Part shown: in pieces, positions 1-14,319 of the stretch | Layout: every line of letters begins with the position of its first letter | Position numbering within the stretch: position 1 is the stretch's first letter | Assembly: GCA_013265495.1 (NCBI GenBank) | Contig: MU058059.1 | Location: 124,001-188,000 of the forward strand | Origin: Vicugna vicugna | Taxonomy: Eukaryota | DNA length: 64,000 nt | Reading direction: 5' to 3' | The notes under the pieces: generated by a model | Database searches by the model: none | What the model was told of the DNA's origin: nothing | Seen by the model: only the letters and a program-made list of their open reading frames with translations | Translations under genes and position numbers: made by a program

Positions 1-290
1 TCAGTGGCTGCGGCGGGGACCACAGGTGTCAGCCGCAGTCGGGAGCACGCGGGACCTGGGGGCCCGGCAGGTGCAGCTGCTTCCCAGCTGACGCCGAGGA
101 GGAGGAGGGGCGAGGCCGGGAAAGGCAGGCTGGGAGCAGACAGCCCGGATCCGGACGCCCAGGGTCGAGAAGGAACGTCTAGTTTGACCAAACACCCTCT
201 AAGACAGAGCCTCCCCCGGAGTCCCTGCTGCCTTCGAGGCTCCGGCGTTCCGAGTTCTCCGTCTTGACTGCAGCTGGAGTCTCGAAAGGT
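1..290. promoter_or_regulatory. Edge of CpG-island-like region, with a possible + strand splice donor at 288/289
   Basis: GC- and CpG-rich sequence that changes abruptly to AT-rich DNA after ~290; AAG|GTAGGC donor-like site. The region probably extends upstream of the window. Confidence 0.6.
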
Positions 291-3200
291 AGGCTGAATT
301 TACTTGTAGAAAATGAGAAAAAGTTCTCCTCCTGCACATGGGAATTGTAACTGCAGATTTTAAACCTGATATACCTGCAGGAAAGCATTCTGGGTCTGTG
401 AAGGCAACAGGCAGCTCCTACTGGGTTTTTGTTTTTTGTTTTTTTAAAAAAACCCTCGCTGCCAATGTTCTAGACTCTGTACTGAACATTGAGTCAGACG
501 TCATTCCCTGTTCACTTGGCTCTCGGGCAAAAAGAACACAATATACCGAGAGCCAGTGTGATGGGGAACAGGAAAGCTGCACTGTTCTGAATGTGACATA
601 TTTAGGAAGTGGGAATAAAACATCTTCAGGACACCTTATTTAGTGGTAACTGGTGTATGGGACAAAAACTGTGAACTCATAAGCCATTGATCAGACATCT
701 CAAAAATTGTGTGTAACTGTCGAATTTCGCCCATAACTCTGTGTGGCCGGGATGGAGGTTCACTGGCACCCTTGAAAAATGATTTCTGGCCCCCACTTGT
801 GACAACCCCGGGTCTGACCTGGCTGCTTGTGTTTTCAGAATGTTTCCTTGGTGATTTGGCTGTGCTGCTCCGGTTGGTAGCCTCTGTTACAGAAAGTTAC
901 CTGTTTTTTAATCAATTCTCTATTTATGATGAATCTTTTATGCAGCATTCTGAAGAGGGGAGAAACCATCTAGGCTGTCTCACAAATATGTTTCCTCTGC
1001 GAAAATATCCTTGAACATAATATTACTACGTAAACATCCAATTGTGCGTTAATTAGGATACAGGTTTAATAAACTGAAAAGTTACAAATGCGTGTTGGAA
1101 GTGTCATGCTAGGGGGGGCCTAGTCCTGAATCATAAATACTAAGTGTTGGTCTGGGGCAGAGACTGGCGTATTTCGATCTTTAAGGTGCTTAAGCACAAG
1201 CACAGGTGCCTCATGGGTCTTAACCCTCGTGGTTCTGGTGCCAGGTGTGTGTGTTTCGGGACTCCTGGCTTGGGTTGCTGAGATCAGTAGGTACAAAGTA
1301 CACTGTCTAAAAACAGGGTGGTGGCATTTGGTTAGAATGTGAACTTTTAAGTTAGAAGTGAACTTTTCTCTCCATGGAAGATCTTAAGTCACAGTGGTAA
1401 TTCTCTACCCGAAACCACCTGGTGTCTGTTTATTGCCACGATAGAGGTTTGCTGTGGGAGGCAAAGGGCAGTAAGAGCGGTTGTGTCTTCAATAGTTGAA
1501 AGCAAAAGCTGGAGATCTTCGCTAAGGGAGATTTTCAGTCGTTGGCAAGAAAGGCTTGCTGACAGGTTTTTAGCATCTACGTTTTCTCCCTCAAGACCTG
1601 AGATCACATAATGCAAGCAGCTGGGTGGAACTCGAGGCTTCTAGTCCTTGACTAGTCATCAAGTCTATCTGTACTTCTGTATTAAATTCACGTGGTTGGG
1701 TACGGCCCCTTGATGGGCCATTAACAACTGCGACTTGTAATGTTCTCAGGCTGTTTTAAAAGGGACCAGCTGTCCAGTGGTGATGCCTGACAACGCGGTA
1801 TGCCGGTTTGCTCTTCCTGACCGTGGGTGTTCTCTTGCTTTTGAGTTACATTAGTGACAATGACCTCTATTTCACAGAGCAGTTGAATGAAAAATTTTAA
1901 AAAACTGCTTGGAACTGTGTAAGTTGATAAGTTTCTCTCTTCTTTGGTTCTTTCAAGAAAACAGTGTTAATTGTGGGTAAATTCCACTATGCTATGATCC
2001 ACCGGTTATGCGTTTTCTAGAAGAAATACTTTTCCTTCGGTTTTTAAGCTAACAGGTTCAAGGTTTATCTAAATAAAGTGCAGCTTTTTTAACCTGGCAT
2101 TATTGCTGATGGCTTTAATGAGGTTCTTGGGAATGCATTTCTGGTGCCATTGGAACAAGAGGGAGTCATCTGCTACTCTTTCGTGGTTAAAAACTTACAG
2201 GCTAGTAATGGGACTTTGAAAACGAATGCCCGCTGTCAGCTATCGAGCGTTCCCAGCTCATACTAAGGAGTAAGGGAAAACATCTTTCCAGTGAACATGT
2301 GCCTTGTGTCACTACTCAAATGGTAAAGAGTTCCCAAAGCAGTAATTTGAAGATGTTATCTGTTAAGCACAGGACAGCTTTCTCCCTCACCCTCGTTTTC
2401 AAAAACAAGTGAAAATGTAGTAATCTGCTGGCAATGTCTATGTTGGTATTATCCGCTGCCGAAAGAGAGTACATTGAGGGAAACTTAGTGATTTAAGACA
2501 AGGCCTGCAGAGTTGGGTTTGGATTTAATAAAAAAACAAATCAAGTAGTTCTAGACCAAAATTTTCATCCATTAAAACCCTGCTGTTTCCTATAAGTCAA
2601 ATTCAAGTTAGGTAACAACTTAAGACCAAACACAACCTTTAGGTTAAGTGACCTCAGGTGGACTGACGTTTTCCTGGCTTCTCAGTGGACTCTAATTAAA
2701 ACTCTCTAGGTGACTGCTTGGAGATAAGGCAAAAACGGTGATTAGGAATCACCGCCATCTGCTGGTGCCCCCGCCCTGGCGGCACCCGGGGGTGTCATGG
2801 TGGAGCAGGATGTGCTGGGAGCTTCAATGGAGTGACTCACCTCCTCTCCTGGATGGAAATAAAGGATTCAAGAGGGATACCTCATTTTCTAAATATATAC
2901 AAATATTGAAGGCAGTTCGAATAGGAATCTTTCTGATGTCACCGGTAGTGTCTCAAAAGCATGGATGCTAACAAAAGGCTGGGCGGAGGTGGGCGAATTT
3001 CTGCAAAACCAGCAAGGATGATTCCTTGCTGGCAATTAGAAGGAGTCAGAGTTCTCATCCTGGTTCTGGCCCACGGGTTGCTTGAGGAGAAGACATTTAA
3101 ATCCTCCAGAGTTGATCTTCTCCAGCTGTGGGTTGAGACAGCTCTGGCTTCATTAGATGAACACAGAAAGAGCAGATCTGTGACTCCTATCAGAAAGTTC

Positions 3201-6200
3201 TAGATGGTCAATGCCTGCCAGGTCAACTGGCTTTCTCTCTGAAGACAAAACAGTTTCCTGGGCACCTACTTTGAGTCCCATTTGGGCCACATTCCTTGCT
3301 TTCCAGGAACTACGCAGGCCCATAGGGCGAAGGCTAGGGATGATACACATTTGATGGTTCTCAGCACAGTGGTTGGCTTAGCGATACTCAGCAAATGCTT
3401 GTTGGACCTAATTGATCAATAATCTCAAGCAAAGTAAGGGGGAAGACCTTTTTACTTTTCAGATGGTGGGTTAAGGGGATGACTGTGGTAATCACACAAA
3501 GAGGTCAAGATTGGCTCTTTATGGAAAGGAAGGTTTTTCCCCCTTCTCGTGCTGTGGTTGAGTTTCCCTTCATTTTGTATGGTTCTCAAGAGAAATGTAT
3601 TCCCTACACTGTCAGTAGATGGATTTGAACTCTTAGAATAACCAGGACGTTGCTACTTACTCACTTTCAAGATGTCCAGTGACTAGAGGGTTGTTCCTTG
3701 TGGGGTGTATGGTGATGTGGCGCATGACAGCTAACTGATCCACCCGGCAAGGAAATTACATCAGTTTTCACCCCTACAACATGGCAAAGTCAGGCAGTTT
3801 CCTCATGAGCTGAGTGATGGCTTCTCTGTGAAATACTGAGCAGGAATTGAAACAAGCCCTGATTCCTTTCACAGCACCTTCCTGACTGTGGCAGGCAGCT
3901 GCGAAAGGAGAGCTTAATTGATAGCATGCACTTGGCTGCTCCAGGCTCAGCACGTGAGGGCCAGGGGTGGGAATCCTAGTTAACGTCAGGTTAGAGCCTC
4001 TCCCTGTACGGTCAGTGGTAGTTTGTTCTCAAAGTGGTAGCTCTTTGCTGCCAGGGTCTCAGAATCAAGTGGGCATATTTAAATACATAACAGAAAATAA
4101 ATACACAGCATCACACGAGTGACCTGGAGAAATGTAAAGCCAGGGAGGGCATGCGGATGAACTCAAACAGAAACACGGTGGCGGGGGGCTGGTGCTGGGG
4201 GCGGCAGGGGAGCCTGGCCAAGCCAAGGCACGTCCCCGTTCTGTGCCCTTGTTTTCTTGCTTCTGAAATAGCCCGAGCTGAGGCTAGCTCTGGGATTTGG
4301 GAAGGCCCCTCCTTGCTGATTTTGAGGGGTTGAGAGTTGAGGGAAGCCAGGTTGGGGCAAGGCTATGTCTTCTGCTTCACCCAGAACAGCAATATCTGTC
4401 TGTCTGCCAGGCCCCCACGTCAGTTTTGTTCTGGGGAAAAAAGCTTCACAGCTAAAGAAAGAAATGATCCCTGGCCTGGGTGCCGCTGGGCTGGTTCCCG
4501 GGCTGGTTCCCGCGGCCTCCTCTTCGTCATGTTCTGGGAACATGCGCTAGCCGGAAGCTGAATTAGTTGCCGGGAGCCCTTAGGGAACTATGAGGTGAAG
4601 TAATAAACATTTCCTGTCAAACACAGCTTCTACGTATTACTCAAAGTGGGGTATGAAATAGTGAATTCTTCAGTTTTCCTTAAGCATATAATTACCTTTT
4701 TTGCTTTCCATCCTGATTTAAGAACAGAACAGTTTCTCTGGTGGAGCTGAAATACAGGCCCTTTTAGACTTGGACCAAAATTTCAGAAGAGATCAAAATC
4801 TTAACTGAAAGAAGCAAAATCTGGTGTAGGTCAGGTTCTCATTATTATCACTCCTGAAACTAAATTCCCCTCTTCAGTTTTCTGTTTATGAAGAACCAGT
4901 GACTGCAGGCATGTCCCCTAATACGCCAGCATATGTCTGGCCAGCTTAAAAACGTTACAATAAGGATGAGATCCCCCCCCCAAGCAGAAACCAAGAGAAT
5001 AGTACTCAAATGGTAAGTGGGAAACTCACAGCTAGGTTGGGCTGGAAAGTGACTGTTTGACTCTCAGCCTTAATTAACCCCCCTCCAGTGGTCACTATGG
5101 CTTCCTTTAAAAAAGGTTGGAAATAGTTTTCTTATAAGCTGTGATGAGCTCAGCTGTGACAGTCACGTACAGCAGGATTACGGGGAGGACCACAGGCACA
5201 CGAGTGAACTTGTCTTTGAAGTGAGCTTCAGGGAAATTTAAAGTAGTAGGGGGACCTGGTAGAAAAATGACTCACTGCACCAGAGCTCAGGGAGTGAGTA
5301 GCCCAGTTAGGGTGCAAGGAGGTAATCAAGAAGACGAAAGAGGAATGAAGAAAGCTGGAAATAAAAAGAAGGATGGAAGCTGCTAATGGCAACTCGAAAA
5401 GGCGCTGTGGCACCGAATCCCAAACAGAAGACGTGATTGCTCCATGCCCGGGAGTTCTTTTGTAACTCGGAGAGTTTCAGAACCGTTCAAGCCCTTGCAT
5501 TTTGAAAATGATGACCACAGGGGGAAGAAAAGGAAAAGAGTGCATCAGCCCAGCAACAGGCTATTTCTGAAATACCAGTTACCTTAGGATGCCAAATTTG
5601 CAGATTCTGTTGGGAAAGTGGTGTTACTGAAGACATCTTGCTTTATTATGAAATAGTGGGCTCTTACAGGGCTTAGACCTTCGATGAGAACAGAAGTCAG
5701 TGAAAACAGAAAGTTCTCTGCTCTCTATTATACCGAGATGCCCAACAGCCTGTAGAAAGGAGGCTACACCCAGCCGCATCACCCCTATTGAAACGAGCTA
5801 ATTAAAAGCCCCAGAGCCGTCCACAGAATTGTAGCCGAACTTGTGAGAGCTTGACTTGCTCTCCGTGCTGTCTGCCCTAGAATATGTTCAGCTTGCTGGA
5901 AACCTGTCTGGTGCTAAATAGCCCGAGGACAGGGATGCTGCTCGCGAGACACCCACGGTCACGGTCGTACCAGCCAGATCTGCTCACGTGCCCGTGCCTT
6001 CCCGGAGAACAGAGGAGCAGATGGAAGGTTTGGGCTCCTTGCCATCTGTCAAGAGTGGGCAGGACTGCACACGCAAACCCACTTGGCACCGATGCTCAGG
6101 AGACAATAATTGCCATGGTGAGGGGTCTCCTGTCCCCAGATGAGAACAGTTTTCAAATAGGGGCTATGAGGAGCCATGCCACAGAAACCACTCTGTCCTG

Positions 6201-6759
6201 TTCCTCTCAGATCCTCCCAGAGCGCCCCTGGGTTCCGACAGAACTTGGAGGGGAGAAAATCCTTACCCTCTTGGTTGGTCCTGAGCTTGCGCATTGATTC
6301 ACGTGCTGTATAATACCATCATCATGCTTGTAAATAACAGCAGTGACACTTACACCATTGCTGCCCCGTCACTCTTCCCTTTAACTTCCAAGAACTCGGC
6401 GGTGCAGCATCCTCACCAATGACACTGAGACCCCGGCATTCCTTCTACTTGTGTTCCTAGCCAATAAGGTATGAAGATGGCAGTGGGAATTAACTTTATT
6501 AAAAAAAAAGCCCCCCAGAATTCTGACCCTTGTAGCATCCCCCTTTATCATTCAGATCTTACCCTGTCTTCCAGCTTGGATCAGCGTCTATAAATGACTA
6601 AATGACATAATACAAAGCATAGAGGTGACATGAGTCCCCTGTGTAAGGGGGGGGTAGCCCAACAAGGTTACCGTGACGGTTTCTGTTGAAACCTTGTTCA
6701 GACTTCGCACTGTGTACTTTGAAATTCCTGAGTTATTCCTCCAAAGCGTTGGCCAACAG

Positions 6760-6970
6760 GTTATTTATTGAGCAGACTAAACTTCTGCTTCCGATGCCCT
6801 GTTTAAGGTTTTTATGTTTTCCACCTCATCAGATCCTGTTAGGATTTCTGCAGTGTCAGTTACTTACTGTTAGTGTCCCCTTTTTACAAGTGAGGAAAGT
6901 GTAGTGCAAAGACAGAGGATAACTTAGTAGTCCAGATGGTAAGTGGTGGGGACCAGGACGCCAGGGGAGA
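6760..6970 (-). mobile_element. MIR SINE fragment
   Basis: atttattgagc ... cccctttttacaagtgaggaaa resembles the reverse complement of the MIR core. Confidence 0.55.
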
Positions 6971-9149
6971 AAGGCTAGCTCCGGAGTCTGCTCGGAACCA
7001 TTAGGCATCACTGCCTCCCACCGAAGCTGCTTACGGAAGGGTGGGAGGAGCTGGCGGGTCGCTGTGGAAGGGAGGTGGATGGAGGAGATGGCAGGAAGGG
7101 TGGAAGGAGCAGAGAGCACGTTTCATGTGTGCTGTAGCGAACTGCAGGGGATGGCTGCGGCGTCATTAGAGGAGGCGGGGCTTGCGTTCGGGGCTGAAGG
7201 ACCTGCAGACAGGAGGCAGCAGCATCCTGCCTTTGCACCAAGGGACAAGAACCAGAAGGCACTAGGGGTCAGTCCAAGAGTGGTGGCTGTGGTCCAAGGA
7301 GCCTGACACCCCTTTCTGAGTCAGTTATGTTATCTTTACATCCTCATTTCTGGAAGAGTCACCTAAAATACATTTTATATCCTATGATAGAGTAACCAGC
7401 AACACTAATATTTGTAAATGTGGACGTTTGTCAAGTCATGAGACACATACCTGGCCAACATCAAGGGTCTGCCTCATTCACTGTCACTTGCTACTAAAGA
7501 AATGGCAGTGAAAGTAAGAGGATTTTGGCTTCGACAATGGTTGTGCATCTTTTGGGTGGTTCTTAATGCAGTCTTACGTATGTAAGGGTACAGAGTCCAT
7601 ATTCTGCTAGAGCAGTGATAATCACACTAAACTTACATTGTGAAAATCGTGTATGCGGGGAAGTCAGTGCCTGGGGGAAAGGGGAAATGTCAGATAAAAA
7701 CATCACAATGAGCAAGTTTTCCCTCAGACTGAGGGTAGAGGATGGTGGTGGTAGCACAGATGGAGGTTAAAAAAAAAAAAGTAAATCAAAATCAGGGAGC
7801 TTGCTTCCCCTCCCGCCTCTTTGAAGCTGCATTAAAGAGAAAGGCAACCATTTTATAGGCTTCCTCGTGTCTGATAATAGGGAGCGGGTCCGGGAGAGAA
7901 GGCAGTGCGAGGGTATTAACACTGTGAAGGATGCAGATGCCGCCGGCGCGTCTGCCTGCCTTTGCTTCCACGCAATCATCTCTGTTCAAGCTGAGCTGTG
8001 AAACATGCCTTACCTGTTACTGCTGGGCAACGTGGATGGGCTGTGCGCTTTCTTGTTGTTGTTTAAATGTCGTGTCTGTTGCTATAAAGGCGGAGCACTC
8101 TTGACAAAGGTTTGAAATATACAAACCGACCACGAGAGACACAGACATGCAGAGTAATTCTCGTTTTGAATGCGTCTATACCAAGTCAGTCATTTTGCCT
8201 CTCTGAGCCCCAGTTTCTTTGAAATAAGAAATGCTCTTAGATGGTTTCCACGTTCTTTTTAGCCTTCAAGAGTTGGTGGGAAGTGACTTAACAACCAAGT
8301 GAATACAGGCCTTAAAGGGGGGCTTTTGGGGGGGGGCTGTCTTAGAACTTCCGACTTAGGAACTAGAGGTGCACCCCAGAGGGCCATTAAATATGTTTCT
8401 GGACACTTTCTCCGGGTTTTCTCTGCTGAGGGAGTGATTTTTACCAGTGTTACCATACAGGCTACTCCAGGGAGCCCCCTTCTTGGGGGCACAAGGGCAG
8501 TAAGGGAACGTGGAAGGAGGGGAACCGGGACCCCCTATTGCAACAGAAAGAGCAGTGATGGGGCCTGAAACCGAGGTGGCTGGTGGCAGAGGTGGAGGAC
8601 TGGACAGGAAGGGGCAGAGGGAAGGAAAACTGGGAAGCTGAATTGAGGGGGCGGGCAGAACTCAGGAAGGATGTCGCAGGCACCGGTGAGGGGCAGCCCA
8701 GCCATCCGACGCAGGTGCTGTATGGATTCCCAAGAGTTAAAGCCCAGGCCAGCTAGGCAAAGGGATGGAGAAACGTCTGGATAATCTGTGACATGCACAG
8801 CCCAAGGAGAGCTTTGCCAAGATAACACACGTGCCATATCAAAGATTTCTGAACATAGATAGAGTTGATCTGCAAGAAAGGCTGGTGAAGGCATTGCCCT
8901 CTTCTCTGGGACTGGGTTTCACAGGCATCTTGAGTAACTTTAATCTCCTCAGTATGCACTTGGGAAAGACTGAAATTCGCACATCTCATATACTTAACTT
9001 AGCTTTCTTTGAATGTTCATGTTGGCAAATCTGTATCTCTTCCTTGGCAGTTACGAAGGGAACTTGATACCATCCACTGACGTTACCAAGTTTTCACAGG
9101 CAAAGCTGGCTCAGGCCAGTGCAGGAGGGTGGACCATCGAGAGTCCCGA

Positions 9150-9330
9150 TGGGTTGAACAGGGAGATGAGGCTGGAAAGCGAGGCTAAGGCCAGACTGTG
9201 AGTGACTTTGCATTTTCAATTTACTAGATTAGTACGGGGGAGCTAGTGATGGTTTTTGCACAAGCGGGTATCGTACTCATAGTATGGCTTTAGTTACTAT
9301 GGTAACAGAGGAACAACGGATCTATCCAAG
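9150..9330 (-). mobile_element. L2 LINE fragment
   Basis: gatgaggctggaaagcgaggctaaggccagactgtg...ggggagctagtgatggttttt is typical of antisense L2 3' region. Confidence 0.45.
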
Positions 9331-9404
9331 TAGGCTTCTTGAGTCACACTGTCAACAAGGAAGCTGCTGAAATGCACTAGGTAGAAGGTGATACGATTGT
9401 AACA

Positions 9405-9620
9405 GCCGCTGTGACATGCCAGGCACTGTGCTAAATAAAGTGCTTAACCTACATTGTCTCTCTTAATCCTTACAGACACGCTGCAGTGTTATCACTTTGA
9501 TTTTACGGAAGAGTACACAGGGGCTCAGAAAATGTAGGGCAGTTGCCTAAGGCCACACGGCTAGTAAGTGACAAGGCCAGCTTTGAACAGACCTGTCCGA
9601 CTTCAAACCTGTGCTCCTAA
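9405..9620 (-). mobile_element. MIR SINE
   Basis: tgccaggcactgtgcta...ttttacggaagagtacacaggggctcag...ttgcctaaggccacacggctagtaagtg matches antisense MIR. Confidence 0.75.
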
Positions 9621-10539
9621 CCGGTAAACTAAGAAAATGACAGCGATGAGGCAGCGGTAGGGCAGGGACACTGGAATACGGGGCGCACAGAGCAAGCTGT
9701 CGGGAGGCAAGGGTCCTCGCCAGCTGGCTTCCTGCAGATGTTATAAGCCTGAGAAAAGAAATCTTCCTTTTTGCATCAATCCCTCAGAATGTAAGAAAGA
9801 ATTCAAAGATGCCTTGAGCCGGGACTAGTAGAGGGGCTAGTCTGCCTGGCTGGTCCTCACCGTTCCTCCGATGCTCTGTGTGCCCAGCTACCCCTAGTGT
9901 ACCCCATTTCTTTTCCAGAGTGTATTCAGTGCTGCCACCCTTGTGTACCTCACCTTTGCGATTTCCCGACAGCTGTGAGGTGGGTGTGGTCGCGCCGTGC
10001 TGGGTGTAGGGTGCTGGGCTCTCAGTCAGAGCACAGCTGGCTCTCCCAGCCCGTCCCACACCCCCACCCAAGGATGCACGTCAGGGTATCTGCGAAGCAA
10101 AGTCTGTTGATGTGAAAGCTCTGGTCGACCAGGTAGCGATCCATGGTCAGCTTCTTTCAAGGAAGAGCTCACATCTCGTCCACTGCTTTCCCTTCCCGAG
10201 AGTCTCACTGAACGCTGAGTGCTACCTTTTGATTCACAGGAGTGATTTTATTCCAGTTTTCTGCATTCCTCTGGCAAAAGTGAAGCTTTCAGCACTGATA
10301 ACTGCGAGAAAGGATTATTAATTTTTTTGCCTTTTCAACAACAGCCTGACCCATTAAAAATACACCCCATACGTCTACAGAACTGGAGTTCTGCTACATG
10401 TATGATCACTACATGGCGAAAGGGATCATTTCATGTCCCAGCATACGCTGCAACGTGGGGTGATTCTGTAGCTCAGCTGGAGCAGAAAGCATGTTTCAGG
10501 GAAGCTTTCTTTTCCACAAATACAAAGAAAGAACATTAA

Positions 10540-11020
10540 ACTAGGAGCCCTTCACACCTGCTTTCTTGTTCTAGCTTTGCCATTTTTTTATCTGGGTAAT
10601 AGCGGGCAAAATAATTTAATATTCTGAGCCAGTTTCCCCAGTTACAAAATGGGAAGACTACGTCAGAGTATTGTAAGGATTTGAGGGAAAAAAATGGGTG
10701 TGTGTGTGCACACATTGTTTCTCTGTGCAGGTGGTGACATCACCACCAGAGATGCTTAAACAGTGCCTGTCATTCCTACACAGTTGAAAAAGGATGTGGT
10801 GGGCAGAACATGGAGTTCAGACTCAGAAGATACAAGTTTGAGACTTGACTCTATCAGTTTCTATGAATGTGCATTTGAGAGTGTTGTTAAACTTGATGAA
10901 TTTACCAATTTCTTGTTTTAAAAAAAAGAGCAAGGGGTTTGTAGGAGAGGATTGCTGAGATAGTCAAGTAAAAATCTTTGTCAAACCGCATTGTGAACTG
11001 GGAAGTAATACATGAATGTC
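10540..11020 (+). mobile_element. Two MIR fragments (~10540-10690 and ~10795-11020)
   Basis: ctgagccagtttccccagttacaaaatggg and ggagttcagactcagaagatacaagtttgag resemble MIR core and 5' segments. Confidence 0.5.
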
Positions 11021-12239
11021 AGAATGAACAGAACAACTCCTGTACGCCTTTCTTAAGGATCACGTGTTGCTAGTAAATTCAATACATCGAAGAGTCGACT
11101 GCCTCTTACCTAGTGTCTGAGCCGAGCTACAGAAATGAGCCGTCCCAGCTCCCTGGTCAGCATCAAAAGCGTTCACCTGCAACCAGTAATTAGACTGTAA
11201 TAAAATCTACTTTGGACTTGGGGAGGTACCTAGAAAGAGGTAGGTACCCAGTGTCCAGCTGGGTTGTGGTCCTGGAGTTGGGAAGATGGCTCTATTGAGA
11301 GATCTAGATTTGGAAATAGAGACATCTTGTTTTTGGTTTTTTGTCTCATTGGCTTGTTTTGCCTGCCTTTTGATTAGACTATGAGATCATCTAAAATCTG
11401 TTCCTGAGTTGTAAAAGGGAGTTCAGAATACATCATGCCTGTGTGAAATGGCCTGGCAGCACTACTGTACCTAAGACCGTCTTTGTTGTATTTCTGCTTC
11501 ATAACAGATTCACAGGACTGTTTTATTTTATTTTGACTTTTAAGATTCCAAAGAACGTGTCATCTGCAAATGTGGAAATTTTACTTTACACTACCTCCAT
11601 CACAAACCCTGACAGTTGTGTGTCTATGCTGAGAAGTGTCCATCTGTCTTAACTTAGACGTGAAGGCTGAGCACCGTTTTCAACCCTGAGCAAGTCACGT
11701 TCAGGCTCAGACTTCCGGGGCCCTGGCCCCTCCCGTTATAGTCCCGGTCTACCTGGCATTGTTGTAACTCAAATTTTAAGCTGCTCTTTTAAGGCAAATG
11801 TTTAAGGGGAAAACAATTTTATGAGGACAACCTCTTGGTATAGGAAATTTAGCCAGAAAGTCACAGGCTAACAGGGCTGATACTCTTAAGGACTTTTATA
11901 TTCTAGACATATGGACCAAAGTGAAACAGTTTGTTTTCAGAGATGCAGGTAGAGAGGAGAGGACCAGGAAACCGCATGTTGCTCTCTTGCGTTAGATTCA
12001 GGGAAAAGAACTCACCCCCAATGACTTGTGAACACAGTATTTTGACTATCTTTAGGCTAAAGACCAAAAAAGAAAAAAAAAAGACAAAAAACCAAAACAA
12101 AAGGAATCTTATCTAAACAGTGTTTCGTAAGTCGGTTGGTTTGTCTGCAGAGCAATGGGACGGCCGCTCGGAGCGGCTGTTGGTGTGTGTGTGCGGAGCC
12201 AGCCCCAGGGCCAGACCGACGTCTGAGCTAACAGCCCGA

Positions 12240-12453
12240 GGCAGGGTTCTCAGCCAGTGCCGTGGACATACCGGGTCGGATAGTTCTCTGTGGGGGGCCG
12301 TCCTGTGCTTCATAGGATAGTTAGTGGCATCTCTGGCGTCTGCTCATTAGCTGTGAATAGTATCCCCCCTCCTCTCCAGCTCTGATACCCCGAATTGTAG
12401 ACAGTGCCAAATACCCCTTCAGGGCACAGTCTCCCTGGTGGAGAACCAATGGT
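12240..12453. mobile_element. MER20 (hAT-Charlie) non-autonomous DNA transposon
   Basis: cagggttctcag...gtcctgtgcttcataggatagttagtggcatctctggc...gacagtgccaaatacccc...gagaaccaatg follows the MER20 consensus end to end. Confidence 0.85.
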
Positions 12454-12514
12454 CTAAGTGAATGGCTTTTCATTAGACACAGAGGTGTGTGTGAGTGTGC
12501 GTGTGTGCACATAC

Positions 12515-13450
12515 GTGTGTTTCCTGGTTCTCTTGAGAGGGCTTGGAAGCAATGACATGTTGTGGCCATGAGTACCTCTAGCACCCAGGTCTTGGGTTCT
12601 AACTGCCTTAATTAAAAGGAATCAACACTCCTTCGGGAAAATAGCTTCTCTTATATCCAGGGCTGGGAAAATACAAGATCTTGTTATGTCACAAAGTAAG
12701 GAAAAGCTCAAAAAACATGGGGAAATATTGAAATGACACAGGAGTCGGCTTGAAGGTTCTCCCCCTTCTAACTCTGGGGCAAGAGATTCAGCTGCAGAAT
12801 CTGAGCTGCAAAATAAATAATCATTGAGTAAACTAAGAACACGGTGCACACTAAATACGTAAGAGAGAGAGCTCTTTTTCACAGTAGAGTCAGCTAAAGA
12901 ATCTAGACACCATCATTAGGAGATCACATAGGCTGGTTAGTAATTGATTCAGGCAAGAATAATTAATGGATGCTAAAACTGTGGGGCAAGAATGGATGAG
13001 TAACAGTGTATTTGCATCTTAAAATGTTTAGAAAATCAATGGCTTGATAGAAGGGCATGCTGTTCTTATATAAATGCCTTTATTGAAAGATTGAAAGGAA
13101 TCTAAATTATGGTACATTTCATATCCAAATGAACGCATATAATTATATTTATTGGCATCAATGCCTAGAAAAATAAACATTTGTTGAGTGAATAATGGAT
13201 CCCCAATAAATATGATACATGACTGTGGCGTCAGTATGAGGATCATAAATGTGTCATTGTGACATATGAGGGAAGTAGCCAGTTTCAATTTTCTTAGCCT
13301 AAATAAATTTTTATCCACCATCAGAGAAGTTTTAAATGTTAGGACTTCAGCCATGCATATGATTTAGTTTTGCTGCTGGAAAAAAAAATTCCTTCTAGTG
13401 GGATAAAGGAGGCAAATTTGAATTATTCTTTTATATTCTTTTACTATGAA
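12515..13450 (+). mobile_element. Ancient L1 3' end (L1MC/L1MD-like)
   Basis: gcacccaggtcttgggttcta...taaaaggaatc...gggctgggaaaatacaagat...gacacaggagtcggcttgaagg resembles the L1MC3/L1MD 3' UTR. Confidence 0.6.
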
Positions 13451-14319
13451 GCCCACTGGAGTAAATTGATGGGGATGATACCAGCCGGCAAACTTGTTAA
13501 GGAACGCAAATTGTGAACCGTACATTGTACATTCTATGGTTAAGAAGGATGAATATATTACAAAATGTAATGTTAGAATCATTTAGGGTTTTCGTACTTG
13601 TACACCAATAGGAGTTTCCTCCCCATCATGGTATTTTCACAAAGCTGAGGTGGTCTGACTTGCAAGCCAGTGACATAAGGACTAGGACCTTGGAGACGGA
13701 CCTGCTTAGGGATTTCCCCTCCCGCATGGGTTCCCCACCGTGGGCAGTTTCTCTGCATCCTAATCTACCAGCTCACGGTTCTTTGCGTGAAGTTTGTCGA
13801 TCTCCCTTCCCTCCCTCATACCCCAGCCTCACCAACATCACTGTTTTCCCTGCTTCTTCATGGCACCTGTCTGTCTCATCTTTTTTTTTTTTTTGACCCT
13901 GGAGGGATTTGAATGTGTTGTCTTCTATCTGAATTGTATCCAGCACAGCATCTGGTTCCCAAGAGGTCTGCTGAACTTATCTGACCATAAGGACACAATG
14001 CGGTTTTCCATCGTTATTATTATGATAGCATTAAGCTTGACACCCGGTTTTTGGAATGAGGCCTTTGGACAGCCCCTCGGCAGTGAAGCTGTGGGACGAG
14101 CGTTTCTCCCTGGAGGGGCGTTTGGACCAGAGGTGTGTTTCTCACATCAATCGTGTACGGAAGGTCCCGCCCATTGTGCTCCGTGAAAGTGTTCTCAAAG
14201 AGGTTGGAATTAAGTGCTCTAATTTATTGTTTTCATCAAAATGAATAGACAGGTGAAGGGGTATTTAATAGCGATGATGCTAGTGGGCTTGCTTACTGAC
14301 CTTACTATGCGCCGGGCCT

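Noticed and set aside
5584..5749. Minus-strand exon-like segment (cctttctacag| ... AAG|GTAACT)
   Set aside because: Stops in all three frames and no other support
10730..10747. Hairpin ggtggtga-ca-tcaccacc
   Set aside because: An 8-bp stem is expected by chance in 64 kb and is too short for a pre-miRNA
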